A stretch of 37,363 nt of DNA, taken from Candidatus Iainarchaeum sp. Lineage in GTDB: Archaea; B1Sed10-29; WALL01. Shown here one piece after another: positions 11,401 through 18,050 of the stretch. Position 1 is the stretch's first letter. Every line of letters starts with the position of its first letter. The translations under genes and the position numbers were made by a program. The DNA lies in contig JAGGYF010000035.1 in NCBI GenBank assembly GCA_021162685.1, forward strand, positions 1 through 37,363. The letters are read 5' to 3'. The notes beneath the pieces were generated by a model. That model was not told the origin of the DNA. It saw nothing but the letters and a program-made list of their open reading frames with translations, and searched no databases.

Positions 11401-14400
11401 GGTTCCCAGAGCATAGAACTGAAGAGGAAAGAAAGGCCATTAATGACCTCTTATCCAAATTAAGTGAGAAGAAGACAACGAACATCAAGGAAAAGACTGA
11501 AGAATGGATTGAACGTGTTGACAATGCATTTATTGAGGCACAAGGAGGGGAGCCAGAGCTAGAGCCGCCACCAAAAGAAGTGATAGATTACATCAAATCA
11601 AAGATGGAGGAAGGAAGGGATATAGAGCAAGCAATAGATGAATTAGAAGCAGAGACAGGCATTTCAATACCTGTTAGGGAGATAATAAGAGCAACCATTG
11701 AAAGAGAAGCATTTGAGATGCCAGAAGAGGATATTGAATCCCTTTACGGTAAACTAAATACGCTCTCTTCTCTTGGTATGCATGAAGAATCAGCAGAAGT
11801 CGCTAAAAAGATCATTGATCAAAGTCCAGGCGATTTTCTAATCCGTAGGATAAGAGTGGAAGAACTGTATAATGCAGGTAAGGTAAATGAGGCAATGAAA
11901 GAACTTGAGCAATACATAAAAGAAGCAGAGGAGAGGAATCCACCCTCTGTTAGCATGCTAGAAAATCTAAAAAGAAAGATCATAAAGGATACTAAGGAAT
12001 ACAAACAGATGAAAAGGTGGATTGAGGACCTACGCAAGACTGCAAGTATTCATGATTTGGGATATAATGCACTTATGAAGTTGTGGGAGGAAGGAAAGCT
12101 AACAAGAAAGGACGTAGAGAAAACGACAAAGCTATATGATCTATGGCGTAATATTGGAATGAATGAATATGTTCCTCCAGATGATAGAACACCACTGCAA
12201 AATGAGATTGCAGATGTAATAGAAGCCATAGGCCGAGGTGAAGAAGTAGATGATAGAATCAGAAACATAAAAGAGGAAGTGGAGGAAGTACATAGAAAAC
12301 AGGAGGAAGAAGCAAAAGAAGCAGAGGAATTTCTTGAAGAGATTTTAGGGGAAGCAACAGCAGAGACACTGAAAGAAGAGGCGGAGGAGCTTCTACAAAC
12401 AAACGACCTTGAACAAATAGCGAACTTCTTTGAAAAACATGGCGATGAAATAGAAGAGAGTGCTCCAGAGGTCTATAACAAACTTGAAAACTACTATAAA
12501 ACAAAACTTGCCATAGATGCATTGAACGAAATAAACAGAGGAGAAAACGTAGATAAAAACATCCTACTTTTAACATACCGCTACGAAGATTTCAAAGACT
12601 CCCTTGAAACACTTGGCAGGCATGATATTCTAGACGAAATGGAACGTGTTCTCAAAGAGAGAGGATATGAAATTGAGAAACCAACAGCAGAGACACTAAA
12701 AGAACAGGTGGATAGAGTCCTACAAACAAAAGACACTGAAAAAATAGGGTTCTTCCTTAGAGTGCATGGCGATGAAATAAAAAAGATTGATAAGGACCTT
12801 TACGACAGACTTTCACGCCTTCAGCTCAACACAAAACTTGCCATGGGCATATTGGATGAAATAAACAGAGGAGAAAACGTAGATGAAAACGTTAAGTATC
12901 TGGCAGAGCATTACGAAGGCATCAAAGACTCCCTTGAAACACTTGGCAAACATGATATTCTAGACGAAATGAAACGCGTTCTCAAAGAACATGGGTATGA
13001 AATTGAGAAACCAACTGAGGCAGAGTTGATACGTGTTGCGAGTATACATGATATTGCGAAAGAGCCAGAAAAATATGAATTCAGGGAGGACAGAAAGTTT
13101 ATCGTAAGGAAGAAGGGCACAAAAGCAGTGCAGGGTTACAAGTTGCATATATCCGCAAATGAGGAGAACTATGAGGAAGTATTCAAGACTGTAGCCCCAA
13201 TTGTTGAAAAATATGATATAGGATATAAGTTCGTGAAACCAGAGGAATTTGTAAACGCAAGAGAAACAGAGAACATCTATGGGAAGTTTATAACAATATA
13301 CACAGAGAACCCAGAACAAGCAGCAGCGATTGCAAAGGAAGTTGATGAAGCACTAGCAGAAAAAGATATAGCCACAGGCAGGAAGATAAAAGGGGACAAA
13401 CCATTACCAAACGGAAAATCTGGCCTAGTGTTCTACAGATATGGTGTCTATGATATGTCAATGCCTGGCTATGTTCATCCAGATGGATTAAAACAATACC
13501 AAGAAAGCGTCAGAAAATCTAAGGAAATGGGCCTTATACCACTATCACTAAGAAGTTGGCTAGATTTTGAGAGGAGGCAAGGAAGAAATTGGATAATTCC
13601 TGAGGAAAAGGATAGGAACGGTGTGCCAACAAAGGCAATTCCAGGTTTCCTTGAAAAGGATGAGCTAGAGGAAATGCTTACGAGAAAACCAGTTACACTT
13701 GATAGAGAGCATATAGCGCTCGCTGAAAAACTTGGATTAGATGCGGATAAGCTTAACGAAGAGCAGAAGGAAGCACTGGTCTATGCACAAAAAGCACTGG
13801 AGCTTGCTGAGGAAAACGGAGGAACAGAATGGAAAGAGGACAGATTGAGATTATTGACAGATTATAAGGATAGGGTAGAGAAAAAAGCCTACGAACTTTT
13901 GCTAAATGAATTGCAGATGAAAGCAGATGATTGGTGGGTAGGGAAAAGGCAATTATCTGTTGAGAGTGATGCACAAAGTCTTATAAGGGCATATCTCAAA
14001 GATGGTAAAGTGCCTGATGTAGATGAGATAACAAAAATCATCTATAGAGGCAGACCAAAGAAATGGCTTGAGAAAAAAGGGATGACGCAAGAAAAAATTA
14101 GAGAAATCGTTGAAGAGAGAGTTAAAGCAGAGGAAAAAAACTTAGAGGACGCTGAGAAGAGAGAAGGCGTTGTAAAGGTATTTGTTTATGGAACACTAGA
14201 GAGGCCCGGTTTCCTTGAGGAGATGGGAATCAACATAGATAATGTATCTTTCGTACGTGCTGTAGTACCTGGATTAAAGGCAACGTATCATGGTGGCCTT
14301 ATGAATGATAAATGGGCAAATCCTGTGAAGGCAGATGGAGAGGTATTGAGAGGGACAATCCTCTACATGAGACCAGAGGACTTTGAGAAGATGAAGAAGA

Positions 14401-14867
14401 ACGAGAGATTCTACGAATTTGGAGGTCAGGATGAGGTTGCTGAGTTAGAGAATGTAACTGCACTTGGAAGAAAGATTCCAGGTGTTAAGATATTCTATAA
14501 GAAGGATTATTATGAAATGAGCCCAGAGGAACTTGCGAAAGAAGATATAAAGCAGATGAAAAGTTATCTAGAATGGGGAAGGCGCATTATTAGCGAAGTC
14601 GATAATGACACTATTAAGAAGCTCGCAGAAATGGATCTCGGATCCTTTATAGGCATGGATGCAAGAGATATGTATAAACGTTTGAGGTTAGAATGCGAAA
14701 AGCGCGGGATTGATTTTAGAAAGATAGATGCATTTGACCCCTACTCAACAAGAGAACGCTTCTTTGAGTTGTGTTTGGCTGCAAAGGAGAAGATGGGGGA
14801 AGACGTGAGTAGGTATTTAGAAGAAGAAAAGGCAGTAGAAAAGGAAATTAATAAAAAAGAAGCCTGA
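2445..14867 (+). CDS. Giant (4140 aa) coiled-coil protein with C-terminal TPR-like, repeat, phospho-Ser/Thr lyase-like and GGCT-like domains
   Basis: Uninterrupted 12.4-kb ORF. TTG start lies 4 nt after AGGTGA. E/K/I/L-rich heptad-like sequence over roughly 3000 aa. Recognisable motifs QGYKLHISA...GKFITIY...FYRYG and VFVYGTL. Confidence 0.9.
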   Translation: MPLFRKKRRPFIWLKPGERKAYKRVVDRRPFPIGMRKPYEQVRGLFEEARERVPEKRPEEKPKGIDIERLKRLTGQPPKEQERVRIDIGKLKEAAERPEEKPKGIDIERLKALAERPIEIEVPEERELTEREFIDTLRFYVEHGKPISGWLKAKIREGGYDLDRLMEAAGVPPEEKPAALPLPKPVPVKRITPSEELPEEKIREIRETELSKNTVYNIFEPYDMKVLYLNLILNKPKEMLQNSQFLRDEIRALAQNGELHEEKANKILSEFDTFKEQIIPIVEEHGKILVDAEKKQEKILSKVDEIETSVKEHERTISELEKRLGQTNPNEMKELGDGLVAAIGDMRKQKEELEALTRELKEKIKGDTVERETEEARRKLEEKITRLEGNYVLLEEAVDKHLDMLSESMEKQRMQLEQSASLLNEMVKKGTYSLEDVQKVSGVVKQLNETEREKEDKENYVKQYSDVIKSMRKGDKLSELETHLNGLSETIKNTSIQLEEAVNRIIESTKPPLTLARRTAEQIGNVLTGLEEDIKPERRVMLKTLEHSLGEYDTRIENAERAIEHLNELNKSFDVEDELKDAKKIIENLRDSRNKAEETLRNMKMTYERLDEKKKLLSPEDIQEIERGLNAPIDHVKPDVAIGAIEDYLNKKQREGIKTIERVVTDIRTKGVPEISVSIDELTKAVETLKKAGVPGDEVNEHLERVKGELLSRMQRDTEELKKQVDSRTMKIEEKISEIERDPSAIDEVIKMREEIEGFKDRIDEMVALQKAAEEKGVEVKVSLDEIKQSVEELPNEINQKIKEAVEKQIVLMTKQHEETVNKIDEEMQRLRLDLGVAKTSEDIAEINSRLNEIQTKYSEQLRKISETIEKLKTEPTEEAVGRTLEELNKKQEDIESSINALRAEVSETHSKLSEISDIVRRIESTLSDLPKYELQELPSKMDEINAQIKLLAEKGVSEEKINELRRNLISEMSRRFEEQTNRFASTEEKITRNIEEINETIKNLSERISEEGVSEQINKLVEARRALSEELQNLRRAVDILKEVSGKEIDLGGVDELVRQHEAIKDGISDLVKKQEELGRKIEENETNTEQAIQDAMDKLSSEHNTIISRLTDIDERLDENLTNIKSAVEREETLDTAMIENINKSAEQINRLRYELETVRKSIENIRAIGADTTELERKQNEILRRIDEYKERLEEKVTKGFEEIQDLVNQKINDVNANMDEKYEKFKNLILQLPSNPQLIDEIRGARDDIIKTRNELTTKLDVIQRTIDDLKRNPHFKPPDTSGIGERLRNIEDLIRNEADNVVSSVVEEHKKTREDLERRAEELDKKLEDAINRLKKPGITDEEREELVREIKKIAEDKDKVYKQLSELSEQLSNVSAGLSGLGAKVDALKDEHKKLSDELSQISRATTEITSMLSRLSTRVAEKEDIDVVVRRLEEQGEELTGLREMLETFIKQAEGGMREAYMEDILREDERWRKEVEELEKKEREYEETGKELDELKKAIEEWKREEVGRPPVSDEEIRKEVEKLEEHKKELEEMSKELETFTYGRVRSLVAEGYPEEATSELETLASQGRYNEFLDKYEELVRTAITAKGIIDRVIESVPEHLRGRAIDTITKPEAMATMAPVEIEDLVKKQVELFLRDELNKFYEKNNVSRDLQTYLDALVSAGTITPKDVLEQSDIYKRIVKDFEEVKRKRELPEEVVKAVGKERVEVPEEHIIPVTNVPKINEIKSDARQVLPNEVVDSVPDYEVNQMLDKENVPKRIQEQLKRIEEKVDKIEGLLREKKEELEKEYPDPARIAEINKAIEKAEEDIEKSKSTIVIGAFMAPEKKEEIKKALDDAKDIERRYKRLERVKSPYDLFGAEILETMPKTLSKEDVEEIVNPEGIEERIASLETQVRDLKDRIMERSKEPEKIDELIESIEEFKKALTKLALESKVIGRNEEQVKKIMDTINGLKSEIEDVKAITPSITSDQINKTAENLASGAITPEDAENRLNYFMDIIKKQGLVPESSEYRQLIDSVNRLREALEKTKLNNALKILEEPSIAEELLWVQSLSPDMEGAGEVFKRVHEALFIGDVERITQAVEEAKRIQPDLERSVKDATVVEDEISKEIESFIPTKASDEDIVRVRREMERTNEKIEELGLLSEKPVVKEMIDRLQTKISILNELIEEAERRKLGEVAKSKPIEEVPEEIQKKLNKLDKEWESVEEKVDALYDRLAEKVAELETKWQSIDNYYNNLITMLEEAIKKMPDAEDTLRNKIDELKKQREEFRETISNQAGSIISETAAPVDDVYEIDELITYNIEKGNEEEVKSLVDRLGKKQAEAYKKMEELTEKAEAKLSELSEKLKEHEAFRYMEEVLPVLTKDERDRFFEKAALQRGKYLVKEPEKTPFDSTPESIDSWLSHWRVYLSQKRLTEEELKEMVERRKQKVKEDVKRGVVRFEMKKKKEPVKRLVKSEPLFEGLYAKLKSFMNPEDFKALENRVNEKARSEPEKTTEIFESEVREELNIPEEKFIIDGVDEKAEEVKEKRKEELSKKEPARILQETIKDAEKVVETEGIDVTQEEMKTYLEMLPISILKGMEESRETAVDGLKRSIEKQGLPSEKAEEIVKIVETRIRDAKPAFDKQLGKDVTEEKKRIINKIPEALHETIKKRTGVENLLELDKDFLQERLDAIEFIQNTFLPRFPEAVKSLKEKVKVPLALVSLDVLKKEYEKAEKKREKENEEFLDRLSGWAQGLPPEVYLTPEKKPTIDEAMSIAKRALKKIGEEWKLSEDTYKAVEKGVSEFVGAHAGKYNTTKELYDAIMTHAEIIKSNYLWDWFEEFRAWAMKPIEKPVEVKKPEVKKGILSPEDEAFLQGILDWGKVVEKPLEATEFMVNTALTYYMSSPFKEATDKLLRQVGMYRNERMRRSLKEKVFKQLFERATQFEKAKRLFEGISRDKLIDATRYIETANRMVETAIKENRIGDAIDVLVDELKRFPEHRTEEERKAINDLLSKLSEKKTTNIKEKTEEWIERVDNAFIEAQGGEPELEPPPKEVIDYIKSKMEEGRDIEQAIDELEAETGISIPVREIIRATIEREAFEMPEEDIESLYGKLNTLSSLGMHEESAEVAKKIIDQSPGDFLIRRIRVEELYNAGKVNEAMKELEQYIKEAEERNPPSVSMLENLKRKIIKDTKEYKQMKRWIEDLRKTASIHDLGYNALMKLWEEGKLTRKDVEKTTKLYDLWRNIGMNEYVPPDDRTPLQNEIADVIEAIGRGEEVDDRIRNIKEEVEEVHRKQEEEAKEAEEFLEEILGEATAETLKEEAEELLQTNDLEQIANFFEKHGDEIEESAPEVYNKLENYYKTKLAIDALNEINRGENVDKNILLLTYRYEDFKDSLETLGRHDILDEMERVLKERGYEIEKPTAETLKEQVDRVLQTKDTEKIGFFLRVHGDEIKKIDKDLYDRLSRLQLNTKLAMGILDEINRGENVDENVKYLAEHYEGIKDSLETLGKHDILDEMKRVLKEHGYEIEKPTEAELIRVASIHDIAKEPEKYEFREDRKFIVRKKGTKAVQGYKLHISANEENYEEVFKTVAPIVEKYDIGYKFVKPEEFVNARETENIYGKFITIYTENPEQAAAIAKEVDEALAEKDIATGRKIKGDKPLPNGKSGLVFYRYGVYDMSMPGYVHPDGLKQYQESVRKSKEMGLIPLSLRSWLDFERRQGRNWIIPEEKDRNGVPTKAIPGFLEKDELEEMLTRKPVTLDREHIALAEKLGLDADKLNEEQKEALVYAQKALELAEENGGTEWKEDRLRLLTDYKDRVEKKAYELLLNELQMKADDWWVGKRQLSVESDAQSLIRAYLKDGKVPDVDEITKIIYRGRPKKWLEKKGMTQEKIREIVEERVKAEEKNLEDAEKREGVVKVFVYGTLERPGFLEEMGINIDNVSFVRAVVPGLKATYHGGLMNDKWANPVKADGEVLRGTILYMRPEDFEKMKKNERFYEFGGQDEVAELENVTALGRKIPGVKIFYKKDYYEMSPEELAKEDIKQMKSYLEWGRRIISEVDNDTIKKLAEMDLGSFIGMDARDMYKRLRLECEKRGIDFRKIDAFDPYSTRERFFELCLAAKEKMGEDVSRYLEEEKAVEKEINKKEA
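2613..2790 (+). repeat. Three ~60-bp (20-aa) N-terminal repeats in the giant ORF
   Basis: ggagaaaccaaagggcatagacattgagcgattgaaa occurs at 2621-2657 and 2741-2777. The diverged middle unit reads RIDIGKLK. Confidence 0.85.
12357..13013 (+). repeat. Copies B and C of the ~110-aa module (tandem, 327 and 330 bp)
   Basis: TAETLKE...HGDEI...EINRGENVD...KDSLETLG(R/K)HDILDEM(E/K)RVLKE(R/H)GYEIEKP occurs twice. Confidence 0.92.
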
Positions 14868-15093
14868 GAGAACAAAAGATACATGCCCATCATGTGGCGG
14901 AGAGATTGAACTAGAGGATGCAATATGCCCCCACTGTGGTGCGGAACTTTATGAGTGCCCAGTATGTGGAGGGATATTAACAGAAGATGCTACTGTGTGC
15001 CCTCACTGTGGCAAACTATTTGATGAATTTGATGAAGAAGAGGAGCAACCAAAAGAGAAAGAAAAGAAAAGTTTTAGAGATCACTCCAAATAA
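14839..15093 (+). CDS. Double zinc-ribbon reading frame (4x CPxCG) with no ATG/GTG/TTG start
   Basis: The +1 frame relative to the giant ORF reads KRKLIKKKPERTKDTCPSCGGEIELEDAICPHCGAELYECPVCGGILTEDATVCPHCGKLFDEFDEEEEQPKEKEKKSFRDHSK*. It is bounded by TAG at 14836-14838 and TAA at 15091-15093. Confidence 0.75.
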   Translation, partial: KRKLIKKKPERTKDTCPSCGGEIELEDAICPHCGAELYECPVCGGILTEDATVCPHCGKLFDEFDEEEEQPKEKEKKSFRDHSK

Positions 15094-17900
15094 ATAGCCG
15101 GTTTTAATGGCATTGCCTTTGCTGACTTGTTGGATGGGTCGTATTTGTTCGGATCTGTTTCTTTGTAAACTGAGATGTCGTAACCGAGTTCATTCTTGAA
15201 AAAGTCAGTTGCAGAGGAAAGAATCTCATACTCATTGATGGGTTTTGCTGCTTTGTACTGGATAAACTTCCTTCCTAATTCTTTCACAAACCCCGGAAGT
15301 TGTTTTACGTACTGCTTAAGTTCTGGGTCTGAAGCCAACGTTTTCATTATTGTACTGAAATCAAAGGTTTCTTGAGAGATAATCTTCTGCAATGCTTTTG
15401 CTTTCCATTCTGCGCACGTGTATATGCATGCCTTTGTTGGTTTTTTCTTCACAAGTTTTTCTATGGCTCTTATATCAGATAGAACATCTGAAACAAGTTT
15501 TTCGGCAACGTCCAGCGATTTGTCAAATTCTTCCTCAAATGGTTCTGGCCAATTCTCTGTTGATACCAATGTTCCATTCTTTAATATTGTATGCCACATC
15601 TCTTCTGCGATATGTGGAGTAAAGGGACACATCATTTTAATCCAAGCAGATAGAACCTTTGCAATGGTTTCTTTATGTTTGCCCCCTCTTCTTTTGTACC
15701 ATTGGAGGTCTCTTGCGATCCCATAGAAGATTTCGTCACTTGCTGTTCTTATGTCATAGGATTCCATTGCATCTGTTGCTTTTTCTATGTGTTTATTCAT
15801 GTTGTACAGTAGCCATTGGTCTATATACTGTTTTTCACCACTTAGTTTTATGAGAGATTCAGCAAGCATATAATTCCTTCGTAGAGCATCTTTGTATTTC
15901 AAAACAATGTTCTCATCCCAGAATATATCTTGGTGGGGGCTAGCAACATGCGAGTAGTACAAACGCATTGCATCAACAGAATACTTTTCAATGGCTTTTG
16001 TTACTGGTTCAGCACCACCTTTTTTACTCATCTTTCCTGCTTTGCCCATTACCCACCAATTCACGAATATACCTCTTGGCCACTTTGTTCCTGGGAGAAT
16101 GGCAACATGATTCATAATGAAAACAGGAAAGTGTACAGTTTTGTGTTCCTTTCCACCGAGGTTTATGTCTAAAGGATACCAATAATCAAAGTCCTCCTTT
16201 ATTTGTTTCCATGTTTCATTCTTTGGCTCACCAATACCTAAAAACACATAGTCAAAGAATTCCTCAGTCATCTCCTCTGGTTTTATTTTTCCTTCGTTTT
16301 CATATTTGGATACAATGTAATATGCAGGGTATAGTGTTGAGTCCGCAATAGGTTCTATAATCCATTTTTCGTCAAAAGGGAACGGTGTGCCTAACCAAGA
16401 GCCTTGGCGCACACATGCTCTATCATCAAACCAGTCAAGGATGCTAGGCAATTGTTCCTTATACTCCTCCGGAATAATTGTCATCTCAGGGACCCACTGC
16501 TTTGCCTTTTCTGTTAGGTCAGGATCTGAATATTTTATAAACCATTGATTTGGGATTAGCTTAATCACTACATTTCGCCCACATCTACATATTACTGGTT
16601 CAGAGAAGGTATACATTGTATCTGCTTTTCCTTGCTCAATAAGGTCCTTCTTCACGGCATCTTTTGCTTCCTCAACCCGCATGCCTGCATATTTTCCACA
16701 ATTCTCACGCATGATTCCAGTATGAAATCCAACTTTGTATATCTCCTGCGTGGCTTGTTCAAGTTTCTCAACATCATGCTGACTTGTTATACCCATTCTC
16801 TCCACAATCTCTTTTGCTGGGAATTCATCATATCCTTTTGATTTTATTATGGGGATGAGCTTTATGGCTCTAACCCTTTCTGGGTCCAAGCCAAACCTCC
16901 TCATCAACTCCTCGTCCTTTTTTAGGTCTTCTAATGCAATGTAATCATAGGGTGCATCAGAAGGTACAGAAGTTACTAAACCACTGCCAACTGCTGGGTC
17001 TGGGAAGTAACTTGGTAGTATTGGAATCTCACGTTCAATACCTGGAGCCAAGCATGTTTTTCCTACTAAATCTTTACCTGGTATCTCTTCAAGTACTTTT
17101 ACGTCCCTTCCTTGGTATTTCAAGTTTTCAGCACATTCTTTTGATACAATCCATTTTTCATCTCCGATTGCTATCTTTACATATGTGACTTCGGGGTTCG
17201 CCCACATGTTTGTTTGGCCGTATACTGTTTCTGGTCTGAGCGTTGCTGCTATAAGATAACTATCTCCAAATTTGAACTTCAAAAGTGTGAATTCTAGTTT
17301 TTCCGCATTCCCTCCCTTCTTTATGTCTGTCTCGCTTGGGTCAACAGCAACTGGTCCACAATTTGGACAAAAAGCACCATAATATGGCTTCTGTACCAGA
17401 AGGTTTTTCTGCATAAGTTTTCTGAATTGCCACTGGATGAATTTTTGATATCCAGGATGCAATGTGCTTGTTAGTCTTCTCCAATCTATGAGAAAACCAA
17501 ATTTTTTCCAATACTCATTTGCGTAAACATCATAAAAGTAGTTGAGAACATTTCTGTAATCTTTAAAGCTCTCAATAGTTTTCTCATCAAGTCCATTATC
17601 TTTGAAGTATTGTATCATCTCCTTGTCCCCATTCTTTATTTTGTTGGCAATGGCAACTGCATGTATGCCCGTTGCATGAAAACCAGCAGGAAATAATACA
17701 TTAAAGTTTCGCATTCTCTTATAACGCGTTATGATATCTGAGTAGGAGTATCCTCTCATATGTCCAACATGCAGATATCCGGAGATGCCAGGATACGCAA
17801 ATATAAGATAGTATTTATCTTTATCATTCGGTTCTGCCTCATTTATTTTTGCCTTCTCCCATTCTTCTTGCCATTTTGCTTCTATGGATTTAAAATCCAT
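15081..17900 (-). CDS. leuS: Leucine--tRNA ligase, archaeal type
   Basis: HIGH-like GYLHVGH, CP1 editing motifs AATLRPET and GSGLVTSVPSDAPYD, KMSKS-like KMSKK, C-terminal KAMPLKPAIYLE. Start moved to the ATG at 17900, which follows GGTGAT. Confidence 0.96.
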   Translation of the reverse strand: MDFKSIEAKWQEEWEKAKINEAEPNDKDKYYLIFAYPGISGYLHVGHMRGYSYSDIITRYKRMRNFNVLFPAGFHATGIHAVAIANKIKNGDKEMIQYFKDNGLDEKTIESFKDYRNVLNYFYDVYANEYWKKFGFLIDWRRLTSTLHPGYQKFIQWQFRKLMQKNLLVQKPYYGAFCPNCGPVAVDPSETDIKKGGNAEKLEFTLLKFKFGDSYLIAATLRPETVYGQTNMWANPEVTYVKIAIGDEKWIVSKECAENLKYQGRDVKVLEEIPGKDLVGKTCLAPGIEREIPILPSYFPDPAVGSGLVTSVPSDAPYDYIALEDLKKDEELMRRFGLDPERVRAIKLIPIIKSKGYDEFPAKEIVERMGITSQHDVEKLEQATQEIYKVGFHTGIMRENCGKYAGMRVEEAKDAVKKDLIEQGKADTMYTFSEPVICRCGRNVVIKLIPNQWFIKYSDPDLTEKAKQWVPEMTIIPEEYKEQLPSILDWFDDRACVRQGSWLGTPFPFDEKWIIEPIADSTLYPAYYIVSKYENEGKIKPEEMTEEFFDYVFLGIGEPKNETWKQIKEDFDYWYPLDINLGGKEHKTVHFPVFIMNHVAILPGTKWPRGIFVNWWVMGKAGKMSKKGGAEPVTKAIEKYSVDAMRLYYSHVASPHQDIFWDENIVLKYKDALRRNYMLAESLIKLSGEKQYIDQWLLYNMNKHIEKATDAMESYDIRTASDEIFYGIARDLQWYKRRGGKHKETIAKVLSAWIKMMCPFTPHIAEEMWHTILKNGTLVSTENWPEPFEEEFDKSLDVAEKLVSDVLSDIRAIEKLVKKKPTKACIYTCAEWKAKALQKIISQETFDFSTIMKTLASDPELKQYVKQLPGFVKELGRKFIQYKAAKPINEYEILSSATDFFKNELGYDISVYKETDPNKYDPSNKSAKAMPLKPAIYLE

Positions 17901-18050
17901 GCTATCACCTAAGTGCTCCAATCTCTTCTTTTTTTTGTTTTATATCCTTGATAAGTTTTTTTAGTGAGAAAGGAACATGTTCTATTGGCACTTCTAATAG
18001 TTCAGCAGTTTCTATTAATATCTTCTCATAGTGTTTTAGTTCATCAAATT

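Noticed and set aside
3-13013. Diversity-generating retroelement (TR/VR pair) explanation for the shared module
   Set aside because: Differences between copies are not confined to adenines of one copy, all copies are coding, and no reverse transcriptase is present in the window.
2445-14867. SMC/Rad50 or methyl-accepting chemotaxis assignment of the giant ORF
   Set aside because: No Walker A/B, ABC signature, hinge, zinc hook or MCP hairpin motif was seen. Any similarity would be compositional coiled-coil noise.
14865-14909. TGA read-through (selenocysteine or recoded stop) joining the giant ORF to the zinc ribbon
   Set aside because: In-frame read-through gives only ENKRYMPIMWRRD then another stop. 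The zinc ribbon is in a different frame.
179-14923. Numerous minus-strand ORFs rich in Ser/Leu/Phe
   Set aside because: They are antisense shadows of the purine-rich, Glu/Lys-rich plus-strand genes.
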